This document shows positions 1 through 12,709 of a stretch of DNA of 52,339 bases, in pieces. The notes beneath the pieces are model-generated. The model did no database searches. It saw only the letters and a list, made by a program, of their open reading frames with translations, and was not told where the DNA came from. The stretch comes from Candidatus Nanopelagicales bacterium (GTDB lineage Bacteria; Actinomycetota; Actinomycetes; S36-B12; UBA5976). The position numbers and the translations under genes were made by a program. The stretch spans positions 1 through 52,339 of the forward strand of contig JALQVI010000004.1 of assembly GCA_023260395.1 (NCBI GenBank), written 5' to 3'. Numbering within the stretch: the first letter of the stretch is position 1; each line of letters begins with the position of its first letter.

Positions 1-52
1 GGATGAGCAAAAGACTGGTGATAGCCAGCACAACCTCAAGCAGGATTGTCAT
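1..52 (-). CDS. secG: Preprotein translocase subunit SecG (5' part only, truncated by window edge)
   Basis: ATG at 52 reads MTILLEVVLAITSLLLI, a hydrophobic first TM segment; conserved position after tpiA in Actinobacteria. Not in the ORF track. Confidence 0.8.
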   Translation of the reverse strand, partial: MTILLEVVLAITSLLLI

Positions 53-106
53 TTCGTGTCTCGTTTCTAGCGATGTTCTCTTAAGGATACCTGAAGCAGC
101 TGACGA

Positions 107-883
107 CTATTCACCGTGCAGACGGAAGCGGCAGATCGCCACAAACTCGTCTGGATCAAGCGAAGCTCCACCAACTAGGCCGCCATCGACGTCTTTTTCA
201 GCCATAATTGCAGCCACATTGTCAGATTTCATCGAGCCGCCATAGAGAACACGAACTTTATCCGCAGCATTTCCGTGGTTTTCACGAATACGTCCGCGAA
301 TTGCAGCACAGACTTCTTGAGCATCTGCTGGAGTTGCTACTTCGCCGGTGCCAATCGCCCAGACCGGTTCATACGCAATGACGAGGCTGGCAACTTGGTC
401 TGCTGTTAAGTCAGCAAGAGCCCCATCGACCTGCGCCAAGGTAAATGCAACCTGCTCTCCTGCTTTACGAACATCCAAACCTTCGCCCACACAAACAATT
501 GGGGTGAGGTCGTGTCGAAAAGCTGCCTTCACTTTGGCATTCACAATTTCGTCAGTCTCAGCGTGGTATTGACGACGTTCTGAGTGGCCAACCACAGCAA
601 ATGTGCATCCGAGCTTGGCAAGCATTGCCCCGCTAATTTCTCCGGTGTAGGCACCCTTGTCGGCAGCGGAAATGTCTTGGCCACCGTAACGGAGGTCAAT
701 CTTGTCGCCGTCAACCAATGTTTGTACCGATCGAATGTCAGTAAAAGGTGGCAGCACTGCGACCTCGACATTTGCGAAATCGTCAGCATTGAGTGTGTAC
801 GCCAACTTTTGCACCAAAGCGATTGCTTCGATGTGGTTGATGTTCATCTTCCAGTTGCCTGCCATCAATGGCATACGACTCAT
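107..883 (-). CDS. tpiA: Triosephosphate isomerase
   Basis: [39 protein letters not shown] motifs. Confidence 0.99.
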   Translation of the reverse strand: MSRMPLMAGNWKMNINHIEAIALVQKLAYTLNADDFANVEVAVLPPFTDIRSVQTLVDGDKIDLRYGGQDISAADKGAYTGEISGAMLAKLGCTFAVVGHSERRQYHAETDEIVNAKVKAAFRHDLTPIVCVGEGLDVRKAGEQVAFTLAQVDGALADLTADQVASLVIAYEPVWAIGTGEVATPADAQEVCAAIRGRIRENHGNAADKVRVLYGGSMKSDNVAAIMAEKDVDGGLVGGASLDPDEFVAICRFRLHGE

Positions 884-2079
884 TTAGTTGTCCTCCAGAA
901 CTGCCAGACCTGGCAAAGTCTTTCCTTCTAAGTATTCAAGGCTTGCGCCGCCACCCGTTGAGATGTGCGTAAAGCCTGCCTCGTCGATGCCAAGCAATCG
1001 AACTGCGGCAGCCGAATCGCCACCGCCAATTACCGTTGTTGCATCAATTTTGGTCATGGCTACAGCAACCGAACGCGTACCTTCTGCAAAGGCTTGCATT
1101 TCGAATACTCCCATTGGGCCATTCCAGACAACTGTCTTGGCATCACCCAGTTTGGCTGCGAAAAGTTCACGAGTCTTTGGACCAATGTCCAGACCCATCC
1201 AGCCATCAGGAATTTCGCTTGCAGCCACAACTTGAGTATTGGCATCTGCTGCGAATTCATCGGCGATTACCACATCCACTGGAACGACAATTTCGACACC
1301 ATTGTCTGTCGCACGAGCAACTAAGTCTTTAACGGTGTCAATCATTTCGGTTTCGAGCAAAGAGTTGCCGACTGAAAAACCTTGTGCCGCCAAGAATGTG
1401 TAGGCCATGCCACCACCAACAAGTAGGCGATCAACGGACTTGAGCAAGTTTTCAACTACGCCAAGTTTGTCGCTAACTTTTGAACCACCGAGGATCACAA
1501 CATATGGACGATCAGGATCAGCAAGAAGTTTGGCAAAAACTTTGGCTTCTTTTTCAACCAAAAGACCTGCTGCATGAGGTAAGGCTTCGGCCAAATCAGT
1601 AACTGATGCTTGCTTACGGTGAACAACACCAAAACCATCACTGACATAGAAGTCAGCTAGCTTGGCCCATTCGGCAGCTAGAGATGCGCGTTCGGCTTGG
1701 TCTTTACTGGTTTCACGTGCATCGAAACGAACGTTTTCCAGCATCGCAACGTCACCATCAGATAATGAAGCAGCTAGTTCCACCGCAGGCTGTCCGGAAG
1801 TGGTTGCACATAACTCAACGTGTTGTCCAAGCAGTTCACTAAGACGTTTTGCAGCCGGTGCGAGCGAGTACTTAGCCTCAGGCGCACCCTTGGGGCGACC
1901 GAGGTGCGCCAAGATGATTACCTTGGCGCCACGCTCGATCAGTGACTTAATGGTTGGAATGCTGGCAACAATGCGCCCGTCATCAGTAATAGTGCCCTGA
2001 TCATCAAGCGGAACGTTCAAGTCTGAACGCACGATAACTGTTTTGCCAGCTACATCCAGCTGGTCGATCCCGCGAATCA

Positions 2080-2080
<1 letters not shown>
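884..2080 (-). CDS. pgk: Phosphoglycerate kinase
   Basis: [35 protein letters not shown]. Confidence 0.99.
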
Positions 2081-3096
<1,016 letters not shown>

Positions 3097-3147
3097 CTAG
3101 TACTTGATCCGATGTAACGCGGGAGCGCCGTTGCTACCTTTGGGACC

Positions 3148-3153
3148 AGTCTA
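3148..3153 (-). promoter_or_regulatory. Putative -10 box (TAGACT) for gap-pgk-tpiA
   Basis: TANNNT hexamer just after the whiA stop, about 60 nt before the gap ATG. Confidence 0.45.
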
Positions 3154-3160
3154 GCGTTTG

Positions 3161-4141
3161 TTACCCCTCAAGCATGTCTGGGGTAAGGCCTGATTCGGTG
3201 TTGGGAATGCCTAAATCGGCCGCTGTTTTATCTGCCATGGCTAGCAAACGCCGAATTCGCCCTGCAATGGCATCTTTGGTCATTGGCGGGTTGGCTAAGG
3301 CACCGAGTTCTTCGAGGCTGGCCTGTTGGTGTGTCACGCGCAATTGGCCGGCTTCGAGTAAATGTTCTGGGATTTTGTCGCCAAGAATTTCCATTGCTCG
3401 CTGGGCACGGGCACCTGCGGCTACTGCAGCTCGTGCTGATCGGCGAAGGTTGGCATCATCAAAATTAGCAAGGCGGTTCGCAGTGGCGCGCACTTCGCGA
3501 CGCAGGCGTCGTTCTTCCCATGCCATAACAGATTCGTGGGCACCGATTCGCGTCAACATGGCGCTGATGGCATCGCCGTCGCGGATTACGACTCGATCTA
3601 CGCCACGAACTTCACGCGCCTTGGCTGCGATGCCAAGACGTCGAGCGCTACCGACGAGCGCCAATGCGGCTTCGGGTCCTGGGCAAGTCACTTCCAGTGA
3701 GCTGCTTCGTCCAGGCTCGGTCAATGAACCATGAGCAAGAAACGCACCGCGCCAAGCTGACTCGGCATCACACAAGCTGGCAGACACGATGTGCGGCGGT
3801 AATCCACGAATTGGACGACCGCTGGCATCAACCAGTCCGGCTTGTTTCGCTAGTCGATCGCCTTCTTCGGCAACGCGCACTAAGTATCGGCTGCCTTTTC
3901 GAATGCCTGATCCTGACAAGACGCTGACTTCGGCATGGTGGCCGAAAAGTTCAGCTAAATCTTTTTTCAAGCGTCGCGCCGCCTGACCAGTATCAAGTTC
4001 TGCTTCGACGACAATTTTTCCACCGACGAGGTGAAGGCCACCGGCAAAGCGAAGCAAAGTGGACACTTCCGCTTTACGGCAGCATGCCTTAGTCACTGTT
4101 AAGCGACTAAGTTCGTCCTTTACTGCTGCAGTCATTGCCAT
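3161..4141 (-). CDS. whiA: DNA-binding protein WhiA
   Basis: [44 protein letters not shown]; rapZ-yvcK-whiA context. Confidence 0.97.
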   Translation of the reverse strand: MAMTAAVKDELSRLTVTKACCRKAEVSTLLRFAGGLHLVGGKIVVEAELDTGQAARRLKKDLAELFGHHAEVSVLSGSGIRKGSRYLVRVAEEGDRLAKQAGLVDASGRPIRGLPPHIVSASLCDAESAWRGAFLAHGSLTEPGRSSSLEVTCPGPEAALALVGSARRLGIAAKAREVRGVDRVVIRDGDAISAMLTRIGAHESVMAWEERRLRREVRATANRLANFDDANLRRSARAAVAAGARAQRAMEILGDKIPEHLLEAGQLRVTHQQASLEELGALANPPMTKDAIAGRIRRLLAMADKTAADLGIPNTESGLTPDMLEG

Positions 4142-5091
4142 ACTCCGATACTCTCATGTGCGAATACTGAACGGTACGCCGAGGCTAGCAATTGCGCATC
4201 GTGCTGATCTGAACTCGATTGTGCAACAGGCGCGAAATGGACGTGCGCGCCCACATTGGCGCAGGCCTGAATCAGGCGTTGCTGGTCGGCCACATGTGAT
4301 GGGTCAGCGATGACAGCATCGAGTCGAAAATCGGGATAATTTGCGATCATGACGTCCAAGTAGTTCTCCGGAGAGTAGCCCTGCGTCTCCCCTTGTTGCG
4401 CCTTAAGATTCAGGACCAAAACCCTCTTTGCTGTCGTATCGTGCAACGCCTGACGCATTTCCTTTACATGAAAATGCGTCAAGACGCTGGTAAACCAGGA
4501 CCCTGGACCTAACACAACAACATCGCTATTAATCACGGCTGCTACTGCCTCAGGACAATGGGCCGGATTTTCCGGTTCAAGTTTGACTGATTCAATCGAG
4601 CCAGTTGTCGTTGCTACTTGTACTTGGCCACGTACGAGATGCAAGTCTCCCGAGCTTTCCCGCACATTGGCAATGATTTCGAGCGGTTCAAGTGCCAACG
4701 GCAACACTTTGCCACGTGCATCCAGCAATCGCCCTACCCATTCCAGAGCGGAAACAACATCGTGCTGTTCTTCCCACAGCGCCGTAATGAGCAAATTCCC
4801 AAGGGAATGACCGTTGAGATCGCCGTTGCTGTGAAAACGGTGCTGCAGCACTCGAGCCCAAGTTGAGCCCCATTCATCATCGCCGCACAATGCAGCAAGC
4901 GCCATTCGCAAATCACCCGGAGGCACCACTCCAAATTGATCCCGAATCCGACCGCTGCTGCCGCCGTTGTCACTCACACCTACGACCGCAGTCACTTGTG
5001 ATGTCACGCGCCGAAGCGCGCGCAACGACGCTGCAAGCCCATGTCCGCCGCCCAAGGCGACAACATGCGGTGAACGTTTCGGTGCAGCCAT
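4132..5091 (-). CDS. yvcK: UDP-GlcNAc-binding gluconeogenesis factor YvcK/CuvA
   Basis: [32 protein letters not shown]; start moved to ATG 5091, which overlaps the rapZ stop (TAATG). Confidence 0.95.
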   Translation of the reverse strand: MAAPKRSPHVVALGGGHGLAASLRALRRVTSQVTAVVGVSDNGGSSGRIRDQFGVVPPGDLRMALAALCGDDEWGSTWARVLQHRFHSNGDLNGHSLGNLLITALWEEQHDVVSALEWVGRLLDARGKVLPLALEPLEIIANVRESSGDLHLVRGQVQVATTTGSIESVKLEPENPAHCPEAVAAVINSDVVVLGPGSWFTSVLTHFHVKEMRQALHDTTAKRVLVLNLKAQQGETQGYSPENYLDVMIANYPDFRLDAVIADPSHVADQQRLIQACANVGAHVHFAPVAQSSSDQHDAQLLASAYRSVFAHESIGVWQ

Positions 5092-5948
5092 TACTCGCGA
5101 CCCAAATCGCGGTGTTGAATGCGAACCTCTACGCCAATCTTGGCTAAGCGCGCTGCCAAATTTTCCACCATTGCCACGCTGCGATGCTTTCCACCTGTGC
5201 AACCTAGCGCGATGGTTACAAATCTTTTGCCCTCGCGAATGTAGCCATCTTCGACAATGCTGACGAGTTGCGCGTAGTGATCGAGAAACTCCTGAGCCTC
5301 TTTGTGCCCCAGCACAAAATCGTTTACGGCCTCGTTCAAACCTGTTTGCTCGCGCATCTCATCGTTCCAATGCGGATTAGGCAGAAAGCGCATATCAGCA
5401 ACCATGTCGGCGTCAACTGGAATTCCATACTTGAATCCAAACGACATTATGGTCGCTCGAAGAGCTACATTTTCTTCATCATCGAATGCATCTTCGATTG
5501 CTCGACGCAAGTCATGAACATTGAGATTGCTGGTATCGATAATTAAATCTGCGTCGCCGCGCAAATCTCCGAGCAAAGCACGTTCGCGTTCCACCGCAGC
5601 CAAAATATTGTCATTTTTTTGTAATGGATGAGGACGGCGCGATGATTCATAACGCCGCACAAGCACTTCGTTACCTGCCTCTAAGAAAAGGACTCGCACA
5701 TCGTGGCCCGCGGATTTCAATTCATCAATGGATGCTTGTAACTCGTCGAAAAGTTTTCCGCCACGAACATCTGCAACAAGCGCTATCTTCGTGTTTGTTG
5801 ACGGCTGTGATAGCAACTCCACAGTCTGGCTCATCAACGTAGGTGGCAAGTTGTCGACCACAAACCATCCGACATCTTCGAGCGCCCGAGTAGCCGTTGA
5901 TCTACCGGCACCAGACATGCCCGTTACGAGCACTACTGAAATAGTCAC
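5091..5948 (-). CDS. rapZ: RNase adapter RapZ/YvcJ P-loop protein
   Basis: TGMSGAGRST, VDNLPP, SFGFKYG, RFLPNP, GCTGGKHRSV. Confidence 0.97.
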   Translation of the reverse strand: MTISVVLVTGMSGAGRSTATRALEDVGWFVVDNLPPTLMSQTVELLSQPSTNTKIALVADVRGGKLFDELQASIDELKSAGHDVRVLFLEAGNEVLVRRYESSRRPHPLQKNDNILAAVERERALLGDLRGDADLIIDTSNLNVHDLRRAIEDAFDDEENVALRATIMSFGFKYGIPVDADMVADMRFLPNPHWNDEMREQTGLNEAVNDFVLGHKEAQEFLDHYAQLVSIVEDGYIREGKRFVTIALGCTGGKHRSVAMVENLAARLAKIGVEVRIQHRDLGRE

Positions 5949-7813
5949 GATTCAATTATCTCGCCAGTAGTCACATTCACCACTGGTTGTGCCTGATTTT
6001 GTCCATGAAGTGCGGAAACAATTTCGGAGGCCTGTTTTGGTCCAATGCCGTTAACAAGAGAAATCTCATCTACTGAAGCGGCCTTAATCTTCTTCAGTGA
6101 ACCAAAGTGCGCCAGCAGCGCCTTTTTCCTGACTGGTCCTAGCCCTGGTATGGCATCTAGTTCACTATCAACCATCGATTTCGATCGACGTTCGCGATGC
6201 AAGTTGATGGCAAACCGATGCGCTTCATCGCGAACTCGCTGAAGCAAGAACAACGCCTCGCTATTGCGGGGCAACACAAAGGGATACTCGCCACCAGGCA
6301 ACCAGATTTCTTCCATGCGCTTTGCCAGTCCAACGACATACATCGATCCAAGCCCCAATTCATTGAGCGCCTGGGCGGCAGCATTAACTTGCGGCAGACC
6401 ACCATCGATGACGAGCAGGTTTGGGCGATATGGGCGGTGTGCCTTTTCATCCACTTGAGCAAAGTGCCGTGTCACGACTTGCCTAATGGATGCCGTGTCA
6501 TCGCGCGGATCTTCAATTATGAATCGGCGGTAGTCCTTTTTGAATGGAAGGCCATCTTCAAAGACAACAAGCGATGCAACGACATTCGTTCCTTGAATAT
6601 GCGAAACGTCAATACATTCAATTCGTAGCGGCGCGCTTGCAAGGCCGAGTGCTTCTTGAATTTCCGTCAAAGCCTGGGATCGTGTGACCAAGTCCGACGA
6701 TCGCTTGGATTTATGTGACACGAGCGCGTGGTGGGCATTGGCAACCACCGTTTCCATCAAGGTGCGCTTGTCCCCTCGTGCTGGCACGCGGATATTGACC
6801 TGAGCATGACGCTCTGCAGTTAACAACTCTTGAACGCTTTCAACGCTATCTGCATTTGCACTCACCAAAATTTCAGTTGGAATTTCATCATTAGTTGCAG
6901 TCGCGTATACATACATCAATGCATCAGTGATCAATGTTTCGTCGGTTGCCTCGACAGGGTTCTCCATGATGAAACCGCGTTGACCCACAATTCGGCCATC
7001 TCTCACAGCAAACAATTGGACCGCAGATTGCAAGTCATCGTGGCTAATCCCTACGAAGTCAGCGTTAGTTGCATCAGCGAGAACAACTGCGCTCTTTTCA
7101 CGCACTCGTTCCAATGCTGCTAAATCATCTCGCAGCACCGACGCTCGTTCGTAGTCTTGAACTTCGGCAGCTTCTTTCATTCGCGTCTGCAAATCACGCA
7201 TCACATGCGCAGAATTGCCCGCCATGAACGATGCGAGTTCTTTGACAGTGGCTCGATGCTCTTCCTCATTAACTCGACCCACACAAGGCGCTGAACAACG
7301 TTCTATATGAGCCAACAAACAAGGACGACCCGATGCTTTGGCATTTCGAAAGACACCCGAAGTACAGCTTCGCACCGGAAAAACACGAAGCAAGTGATCT
7401 AACGTGTCGCGAATGGCCCACGCTTGTACGTACGGACCGAAATACGTAACACCTTTTCGCTTGTCCCCGCGATAAACGAAAACACGCGGAAATTCTTCAG
7501 CCATCGAGATTGCAAGATACGGGTAAGACTTGTCATCTCGATATCTGACGTTGAAGTTTGGATCAAACTCCTTAATCCACGCATACTCCAATTGCAGCGC
7601 TTCAGTTTCATTGCGAACAGTTACCCAATCGACACTGGTCGCCATGGCCACCATCGTTTGAGTGCGCGGGTGCAGATCATTGCCAAAATACGAACTCAGT
7701 CGATTCTTAAGATTCTTGGCCTTGCCCACATAAATAACGCGAGCCGACTCATCCCGAAAGCGATAAACCCCTGGCGCCGTGGGGATGTCCTTTGGTTTAT
7801 CCGCAGGTCGCAT
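5945..7813 (-). CDS. uvrC: Excinuclease ABC subunit C
   Basis: GIY-YIG N-terminus (PGVYRF...YVGKAKNL), RIECIDVSH, QRVRDEAHRFA, C-terminal HhH. Confidence 0.99.
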   Translation of the reverse strand: MRPADKPKDIPTAPGVYRFRDESARVIYVGKAKNLKNRLSSYFGNDLHPRTQTMVAMATSVDWVTVRNETEALQLEYAWIKEFDPNFNVRYRDDKSYPYLAISMAEEFPRVFVYRGDKRKGVTYFGPYVQAWAIRDTLDHLLRVFPVRSCTSGVFRNAKASGRPCLLAHIERCSAPCVGRVNEEEHRATVKELASFMAGNSAHVMRDLQTRMKEAAEVQDYERASVLRDDLAALERVREKSAVVLADATNADFVGISHDDLQSAVQLFAVRDGRIVGQRGFIMENPVEATDETLITDALMYVYATATNDEIPTEILVSANADSVESVQELLTAERHAQVNIRVPARGDKRTLMETVVANAHHALVSHKSKRSSDLVTRSQALTEIQEALGLASAPLRIECIDVSHIQGTNVVASLVVFEDGLPFKKDYRRFIIEDPRDDTASIRQVVTRHFAQVDEKAHRPYRPNLLVIDGGLPQVNAAAQALNELGLGSMYVVGLAKRMEEIWLPGGEYPFVLPRNSEALFLLQRVRDEAHRFAINLHRERRSKSMVDSELDAIPGLGPVRKKALLAHFGSLKKIKAASVDEISLVNGIGPKQASEIVSALHGQNQAQPVVNVTTGEIIES

Positions 7814-7815
7814 GA

Positions 7816-10656
7816 CTACTTCTTGAGCAGCGGTTTGAGGAATTGGCCGGTATGCGAAGCTTTGACCTTTGCAACGTCCTCAGGCGTTCCCGTGGCAACA
7901 ACAGTTCCACCGCCAGAACCGCCTTCTGGACCCATGTCGATAAGCCAGTCTGCTGTCTTTATGACATCAAGATTGTGCTCAATAACGATGACCGTATTGC
8001 CCTTATCGACTAGTGAATGCAATACCGTAAGCAACTTGTTCACGTCCTCGAAATGCAAACCAGTCGTTGGTTCGTCCAATACGTAAATTGTGCGACCAGT
8101 TGAACGCTTTTGTAATTCTGAAGCCAACTTCACTCGCTGCGCTTCACCACCCGAAAGCGTGGTTGCTGGCTGACCTAGTCGGACATAGCCAAGACCAACA
8201 TCCATCAGCGTTTGAAGATGACGAGCAATGGGTGGAATGGCAGCAAAAAATTCCAAACCCTCTTCGATAGGCATATTCAAAATATCCGAGATGGACTTGC
8301 CTTTGTAATGAACTTCCAAAGTCTCTCGGTTGTAACGCGCGCCATGACATACCTCGCACGGCACGTAAACGTCCGGCAAGAAGTTCATCTCAATCTTGAG
8401 AGTTCCATCGCCCGAGCAGGACTCGCAGCGCCCACCCTTTACGTTGAAAGAGAAACGTCCTTGCTGGTAGCCGCGCATCTTGGCTTCAGTAGTTTCCGCG
8501 AACAACTTGCGCACATGATCGAATACGCCTGTGTAGGTTGCAGGATTTGAACGAGGTGTACGTCCAATTGGACTCTGATCGACATGCACTACTTTGTCGA
8601 GTTGCTCAACACCTTCGACACGTGTGTGTTTGCCAGGTACCGATCGAGCACCATTGAGATCGCGAGCAAGGACGCTATACAAAATGTCATTGACGAGCGT
8701 GGACTTACCCGAACCGGAAACTCCGGTAACAGCCACAAAACATCCAAGCGGGAATGACGCTGAAACGTTCTGCAGGTTGTGCTCTTTTGCACCCTTCACC
8801 GTCAGTTGGCGACTCTTGTCGAAAGGTCGACGTTCTTTTGGCACCTCAATCGAACGTTTGCCAGACAAGTACTGCCCTGTCAGTGATTTCTTTGATGCAA
8901 TCAAGTCCTCGTAAGAGCCGCTAACAACAACTTCGCCACCATGTTCGCCAGCACCAGGACCGATGTCGACAATCCAGTCAGCCATGCGAATGGTGTCTTC
9001 ATCATGTTCAACAACGATCAAAGTATTGCCCAGGTTTCGCAGTCGAACAAGAGTTTCGATCAAACGATGATTGTCGCGTTGATGCAATCCAATACTTGGT
9101 TCATCCAATACATAAAGGACACCAACAAGTCCGGAACCAATTTGAGTCGCAAGACGAATACGTTGCGCTTCGCCACCAGCAAGCGATCCAGCTGAACGCT
9201 CTAACGACAAGTAGGACAAACCAACATCAACAAGGAAAGCAAGTCGCTCATTGACTTCCTTGAGTACTCGATCGGCAATCGCACGCTCGCGCGCAGCCAA
9301 CTTCAGGTCTTTCAAGAATTCAGCACATTCACCGATTGGCATGGCAGAAATTTCGGCAATGTTTTTGCCACTCAAGGTGACCGACAGCGAAATGGGCTTG
9401 AGTCGTGCGCCAGTGCAAGCAGGACACGGCACTTCGCGCATGTAACCAGCAAGTTTCTCTCGAGTGGAATCGCTTTCTGACTCCGCGTGCTTACGCATCA
9501 CGTAATCAATCGCGCCTTCAAAGCCCGTCGAGTACGTACGTTGACGGCCATAGCGGTTCTTGTATTTCACATGCACTTCATGGCCATGACCATAAAGCAA
9601 TGCATCTTTAGCCTTAGCCGGTAACTTCTTCCACGGCACATCGGTGCCGAATTCCATCTCTTTAGCCAGCGCTTTTGTGAGTCGGAAAAAGTAATCAAAG
9701 ATATGGCCAGATGACCATGGGTCAATCGCTCCCTCTTCGAGAGTCAGATCAGGATCCGGAATGATGAGCTCAGGATCAACTTCCATTTGGGTTCCCAAAC
9801 CGGTACATTCACCGCAAGCGCCAAAGGGCGAGTTGAAAGAAAATGAACGTGGTTCGAGTTCTTCAAACTGATTACCGTCGTAAAGACATACCAAGTGCTC
9901 GCTGAACATACGTTCACGCTCAGGATCATCGTCTGGCAAGTCCACAAATTCAAGAGTCACCAAACCCGATGACAAGCGAAGCGCCGTTTCAATACTGTCC
10001 GTAAGTCGTCGAACTGCATCAGGCTTTACAGCCAATCGGTCAACAACTACTTCAATGGTGTGCTTCTCTTGCTTTTTTAACTTCGGTGCTTCTTCAAGCC
10101 CGTAAACCACACCGTCAATTCGAGCACGGGCAAAGCCTTGGCTCTGCAGTGAGCGGAAAAGTTCGGCGTACTCGCCTTTTCGCTCCCGAATGATTGGAGC
10201 CAGAATTTGAAACCTTGTTCCCTCGTCGATTTCAAGAATTCGGTCAACAATTTGTTGCGGGGATTGGCGACTAATCGGTCGACCACAATCCGGGCAATGA
10301 GGCTTACCAGCGCGCGCAAAAAGCAGACGCAAATAGTCATAAACCTCAGTGATGGTTCCTACTGTGGAACGAGGATTTCTATTCGTAGATTTTTGATCGA
10401 TAGACACTGCCGGCGACAAACCTTCGATGAAATCCACATCAGGCTTATCCATCTGTCCTAAAAATTGGCGCGCATAGGCTGAAAGGGATTCAACGTAGCG
10501 GCGTTGACCTTCGGCAAAAATGGTGTCAAAAGCTAACGATGACTTACCCGAACCAGATAAACCGGTAAAAACAATGAGTGCGTCACGAGGGAGGTCGAGA
10601 CTGACATCTTTAAGGTTGTGCTCACGTGCTCCGCGAACAATTAAACGATCAGCCAC
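7816..10656 (-). CDS. uvrA: Excinuclease ABC subunit A
   Basis: Two ABC domains ([18 protein letters not shown]), zinc fingers, LSGGEAQR. Confidence 0.99.
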   Translation of the reverse strand: MADRLIVRGAREHNLKDVSLDLPRDALIVFTGLSGSGKSSLAFDTIFAEGQRRYVESLSAYARQFLGQMDKPDVDFIEGLSPAVSIDQKSTNRNPRSTVGTITEVYDYLRLLFARAGKPHCPDCGRPISRQSPQQIVDRILEIDEGTRFQILAPIIRERKGEYAELFRSLQSQGFARARIDGVVYGLEEAPKLKKQEKHTIEVVVDRLAVKPDAVRRLTDSIETALRLSSGLVTLEFVDLPDDDPERERMFSEHLVCLYDGNQFEELEPRSFSFNSPFGACGECTGLGTQMEVDPELIIPDPDLTLEEGAIDPWSSGHIFDYFFRLTKALAKEMEFGTDVPWKKLPAKAKDALLYGHGHEVHVKYKNRYGRQRTYSTGFEGAIDYVMRKHAESESDSTREKLAGYMREVPCPACTGARLKPISLSVTLSGKNIAEISAMPIGECAEFLKDLKLAARERAIADRVLKEVNERLAFLVDVGLSYLSLERSAGSLAGGEAQRIRLATQIGSGLVGVLYVLDEPSIGLHQRDNHRLIETLVRLRNLGNTLIVVEHDEDTIRMADWIVDIGPGAGEHGGEVVVSGSYEDLIASKKSLTGQYLSGKRSIEVPKERRPFDKSRQLTVKGAKEHNLQNVSASFPLGCFVAVTGVSGSGKSTLVNDILYSVLARDLNGARSVPGKHTRVEGVEQLDKVVHVDQSPIGRTPRSNPATYTGVFDHVRKLFAETTEAKMRGYQQGRFSFNVKGGRCESCSGDGTLKIEMNFLPDVYVPCEVCHGARYNRETLEVHYKGKSISDILNMPIEEGLEFFAAIPPIARHLQTLMDVGLGYVRLGQPATTLSGGEAQRVKLASELQKRSTGRTIYVLDEPTTGLHFEDVNKLLTVLHSLVDKGNTVIVIEHNLDVIKTADWLIDMGPEGGSGGGTVVATGTPEDVAKVKASHTGQFLKPLLKK

Positions 10657-10698
10657 AACCCAATGCTATTCCCCAGTCACCGGGGTCGCACTGTGGCA

Positions 10699-11655
10699 TC
10701 AAACATTCGACTCCGATTGCGCCGATTTCCTATTTTCATGAACGCTGGCCAACGTGGCAATTCCAAGAATGGCAACAATGACTAGCAACGAGGTCGACGT
10801 CGGAATCTTTGGAATCGAGGAATTCACTTCATGAAAATAAATTGCCATGAGTTTGAACCCGATGAACACCAAAATCGCTGCAAGTCCGATGGACAGGTAC
10901 ACAAGCTTGTCCAGAAGTCCCTTGAGTAGAAAATACAAAGCACGAAGACCTAACAGGGCAAACGCATTAGCAGCAAAAACTAAGAGCGGTTCACTCGTCA
11001 CGCCGTAGGTTGCCGGGATGGAATCTAATGCGAAAAGTAAGTCAGTGCTGGCAATGGCAATAATCACGAGCAACATCGGAGTTCCGTAGCGCTTGCCTTC
11101 TCGACGAATGAAAACTTTCGATTCGTGGTACCCAGATGTGATGGGCATTAGACGCCTAACCAATCGGATTACTGCGTTATCTTCTGGATGAGGTTCTTTA
11201 TCTCGGTGTCGGTAAAGCGAAACTCCGGTCCACACCAAAATCAAACCAAAAATTACAAAAGTGAACGCAAAAGCATGAAGCGCCGCTGCTCCGATTGCAA
11301 TGAAAACCGCTCGAAAAGCAAGTGCCAGAATTACGCCAATCAGCAACACCCGTTGATGCAAAATACTTGGAACTGCAAACTGCGTCAGAATAATGACGAA
11401 GATGAATAAGTTATCTATTGATAGCGACTTCTCAACCAGGTAAGCGGCAAAATATTCCGTTCCAAACTGCGAACCGTAAGATTTCCAAACCCACGCTCCG
11501 AATACAACTGCAACGCCAATATAGAAAATCGACCACAACATTGCTTCTTTGAAAAGCACATCATGTGGCTTGCGGCTCACCATCACAAAATCTAACGCGA
11601 TGAGAACTGCAATTGTCGTTACTAAACCGATCCAAACCGAAGAACTAACGTCCAT
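10699..11655 (-). CDS. TerC/Alx family metal-homeostasis membrane protein (copy 2)
   Basis: [36 protein letters not shown]. Confidence 0.93.
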   Translation of the reverse strand: MDVSSSVWIGLVTTIAVLIALDFVMVSRKPHDVLFKEAMLWSIFYIGVAVVFGAWVWKSYGSQFGTEYFAAYLVEKSLSIDNLFIFVIILTQFAVPSILHQRVLLIGVILALAFRAVFIAIGAAALHAFAFTFVIFGLILVWTGVSLYRHRDKEPHPEDNAVIRLVRRLMPITSGYHESKVFIRREGKRYGTPMLLVIIAIASTDLLFALDSIPATYGVTSEPLLVFAANAFALLGLRALYFLLKGLLDKLVYLSIGLAAILVFIGFKLMAIYFHEVNSSIPKIPTSTSLLVIVAILGIATLASVHENRKSAQSESNV

Positions 11656-11668
11656 TGAAAATCCTTAT

Positions 11669-12709
11669 CTAGATTTCTTCAGTATCGAGACTTTCTAGCG
11701 CTTCCCCTCGAGCCTCGCGCGCTTCTTCCAGGACTTCGGCAGCTTGAGTGTGTGCTGCCAAATCTGGATTTCGTTTGAGGGCCCACAGGCTTACTACAAC
11801 TGTTACCCCTAAAGCCGCTGCGATAAACATCAAACTTTGGCCGATACTTATCGTCGGGACATTCCAGTGGAGTGCTCCATGGCCAGCCTCAAGAAATAAC
11901 TTGACGGCAATAAAGCCCAAAATGACGGCAAGTCCCTTGGACAGATAAATAACCCTGTCCAGCAAGCCATCGAGTAAGAAATACAGTTGTCGCAAGCCCA
12001 TCAAAGCAAATGCATTGGCCATGAAAACCAAATAGGGCTCACGAGTTAGCCCAAAAATCGCAGGAATTGAATCCAGCGCAAACATTAGATCGGTCGTACC
12101 CACGGCGAACATGACGAGCAACATAGGCGTGAAATATTTCCTACCATCGCTCTTGATTCTGAGCTTCGAACCGTGATATTCACGGGTAAAAGAAAATCGC
12201 TTCTCCATGAACCGCACTAACGCGTTTCCATCGGCATCTGGTTCTTCTTCGCCTGATCGCCACACTGAGATTGCCGTGTACATCAAGAACGCGGCAAATA
12301 CGAAAAAGGTTGCCTCAAATTTCTGGATTGCCGCAGCTCCGACAGCAATCAATAATCCACGCAGGACGATTGCAAGAGCCACACCCACCAAGAGGACTCT
12401 GTGCTTTTGCTCGGCTGGAACAGCAAACGATGACATGAGGACGATGAAGACAAACAGATTGTCCACGGACAGGCTGTATTCCGTCACCCACCCGGCAAGG
12501 AATTCCGTAGAGGCTGATGTTTCGGGGAATCTGAAATATAGAAATGCTGCGAAAGCAAGCGCAGCTAACACGTAAAAAATAACCCAGCGCGTCGCTTCTT
12601 TGGCAGTGAATGCATGTGAGTGGGCATCAACGAGAACAAAGTCCAATACGAAAACTGCGAGCATGACGAAAATCGTGACCAGCCACATGGTCGATGAAAT
12701 CTCAAGCAT
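11669..12709 (-). CDS. TerC/Alx family metal-homeostasis membrane protein (copy 1)
   Basis: [36 protein letters not shown]; start overlaps the uvrB stop by 8 nt. Confidence 0.93.
   Translation of the reverse strand: MLEISSTMWLVTIFVMLAVFVLDFVLVDAHSHAFTAKEATRWVIFYVLAALAFAAFLYFRFPETSASTEFLAGWVTEYSLSVDNLFVFIVLMSSFAVPAEQKHRVLLVGVALAIVLRGLLIAVGAAAIQKFEATFFVFAAFLMYTAISVWRSGEEEPDADGNALVRFMEKRFSFTREYHGSKLRIKSDGRKYFTPMLLVMFAVGTTDLMFALDSIPAIFGLTREPYLVFMANAFALMGLRQLYFLLDGLLDRVIYLSKGLAVILGFIAVKLFLEAGHGALHWNVPTISIGQSLMFIAAALGVTVVVSLWALKRNPDLAAHTQAAEVLEEAREARGEALESLDTEEI

Noticed and set aside
5092-5202. N-terminal extensions in the ORF track (yvcK here; also rpsA, livF, livG, livM, aroH, EamA, HAD)
   Set aside because: They overlap upstream genes or leaders; downstream starts fit homology, SD or leaderless spacing better
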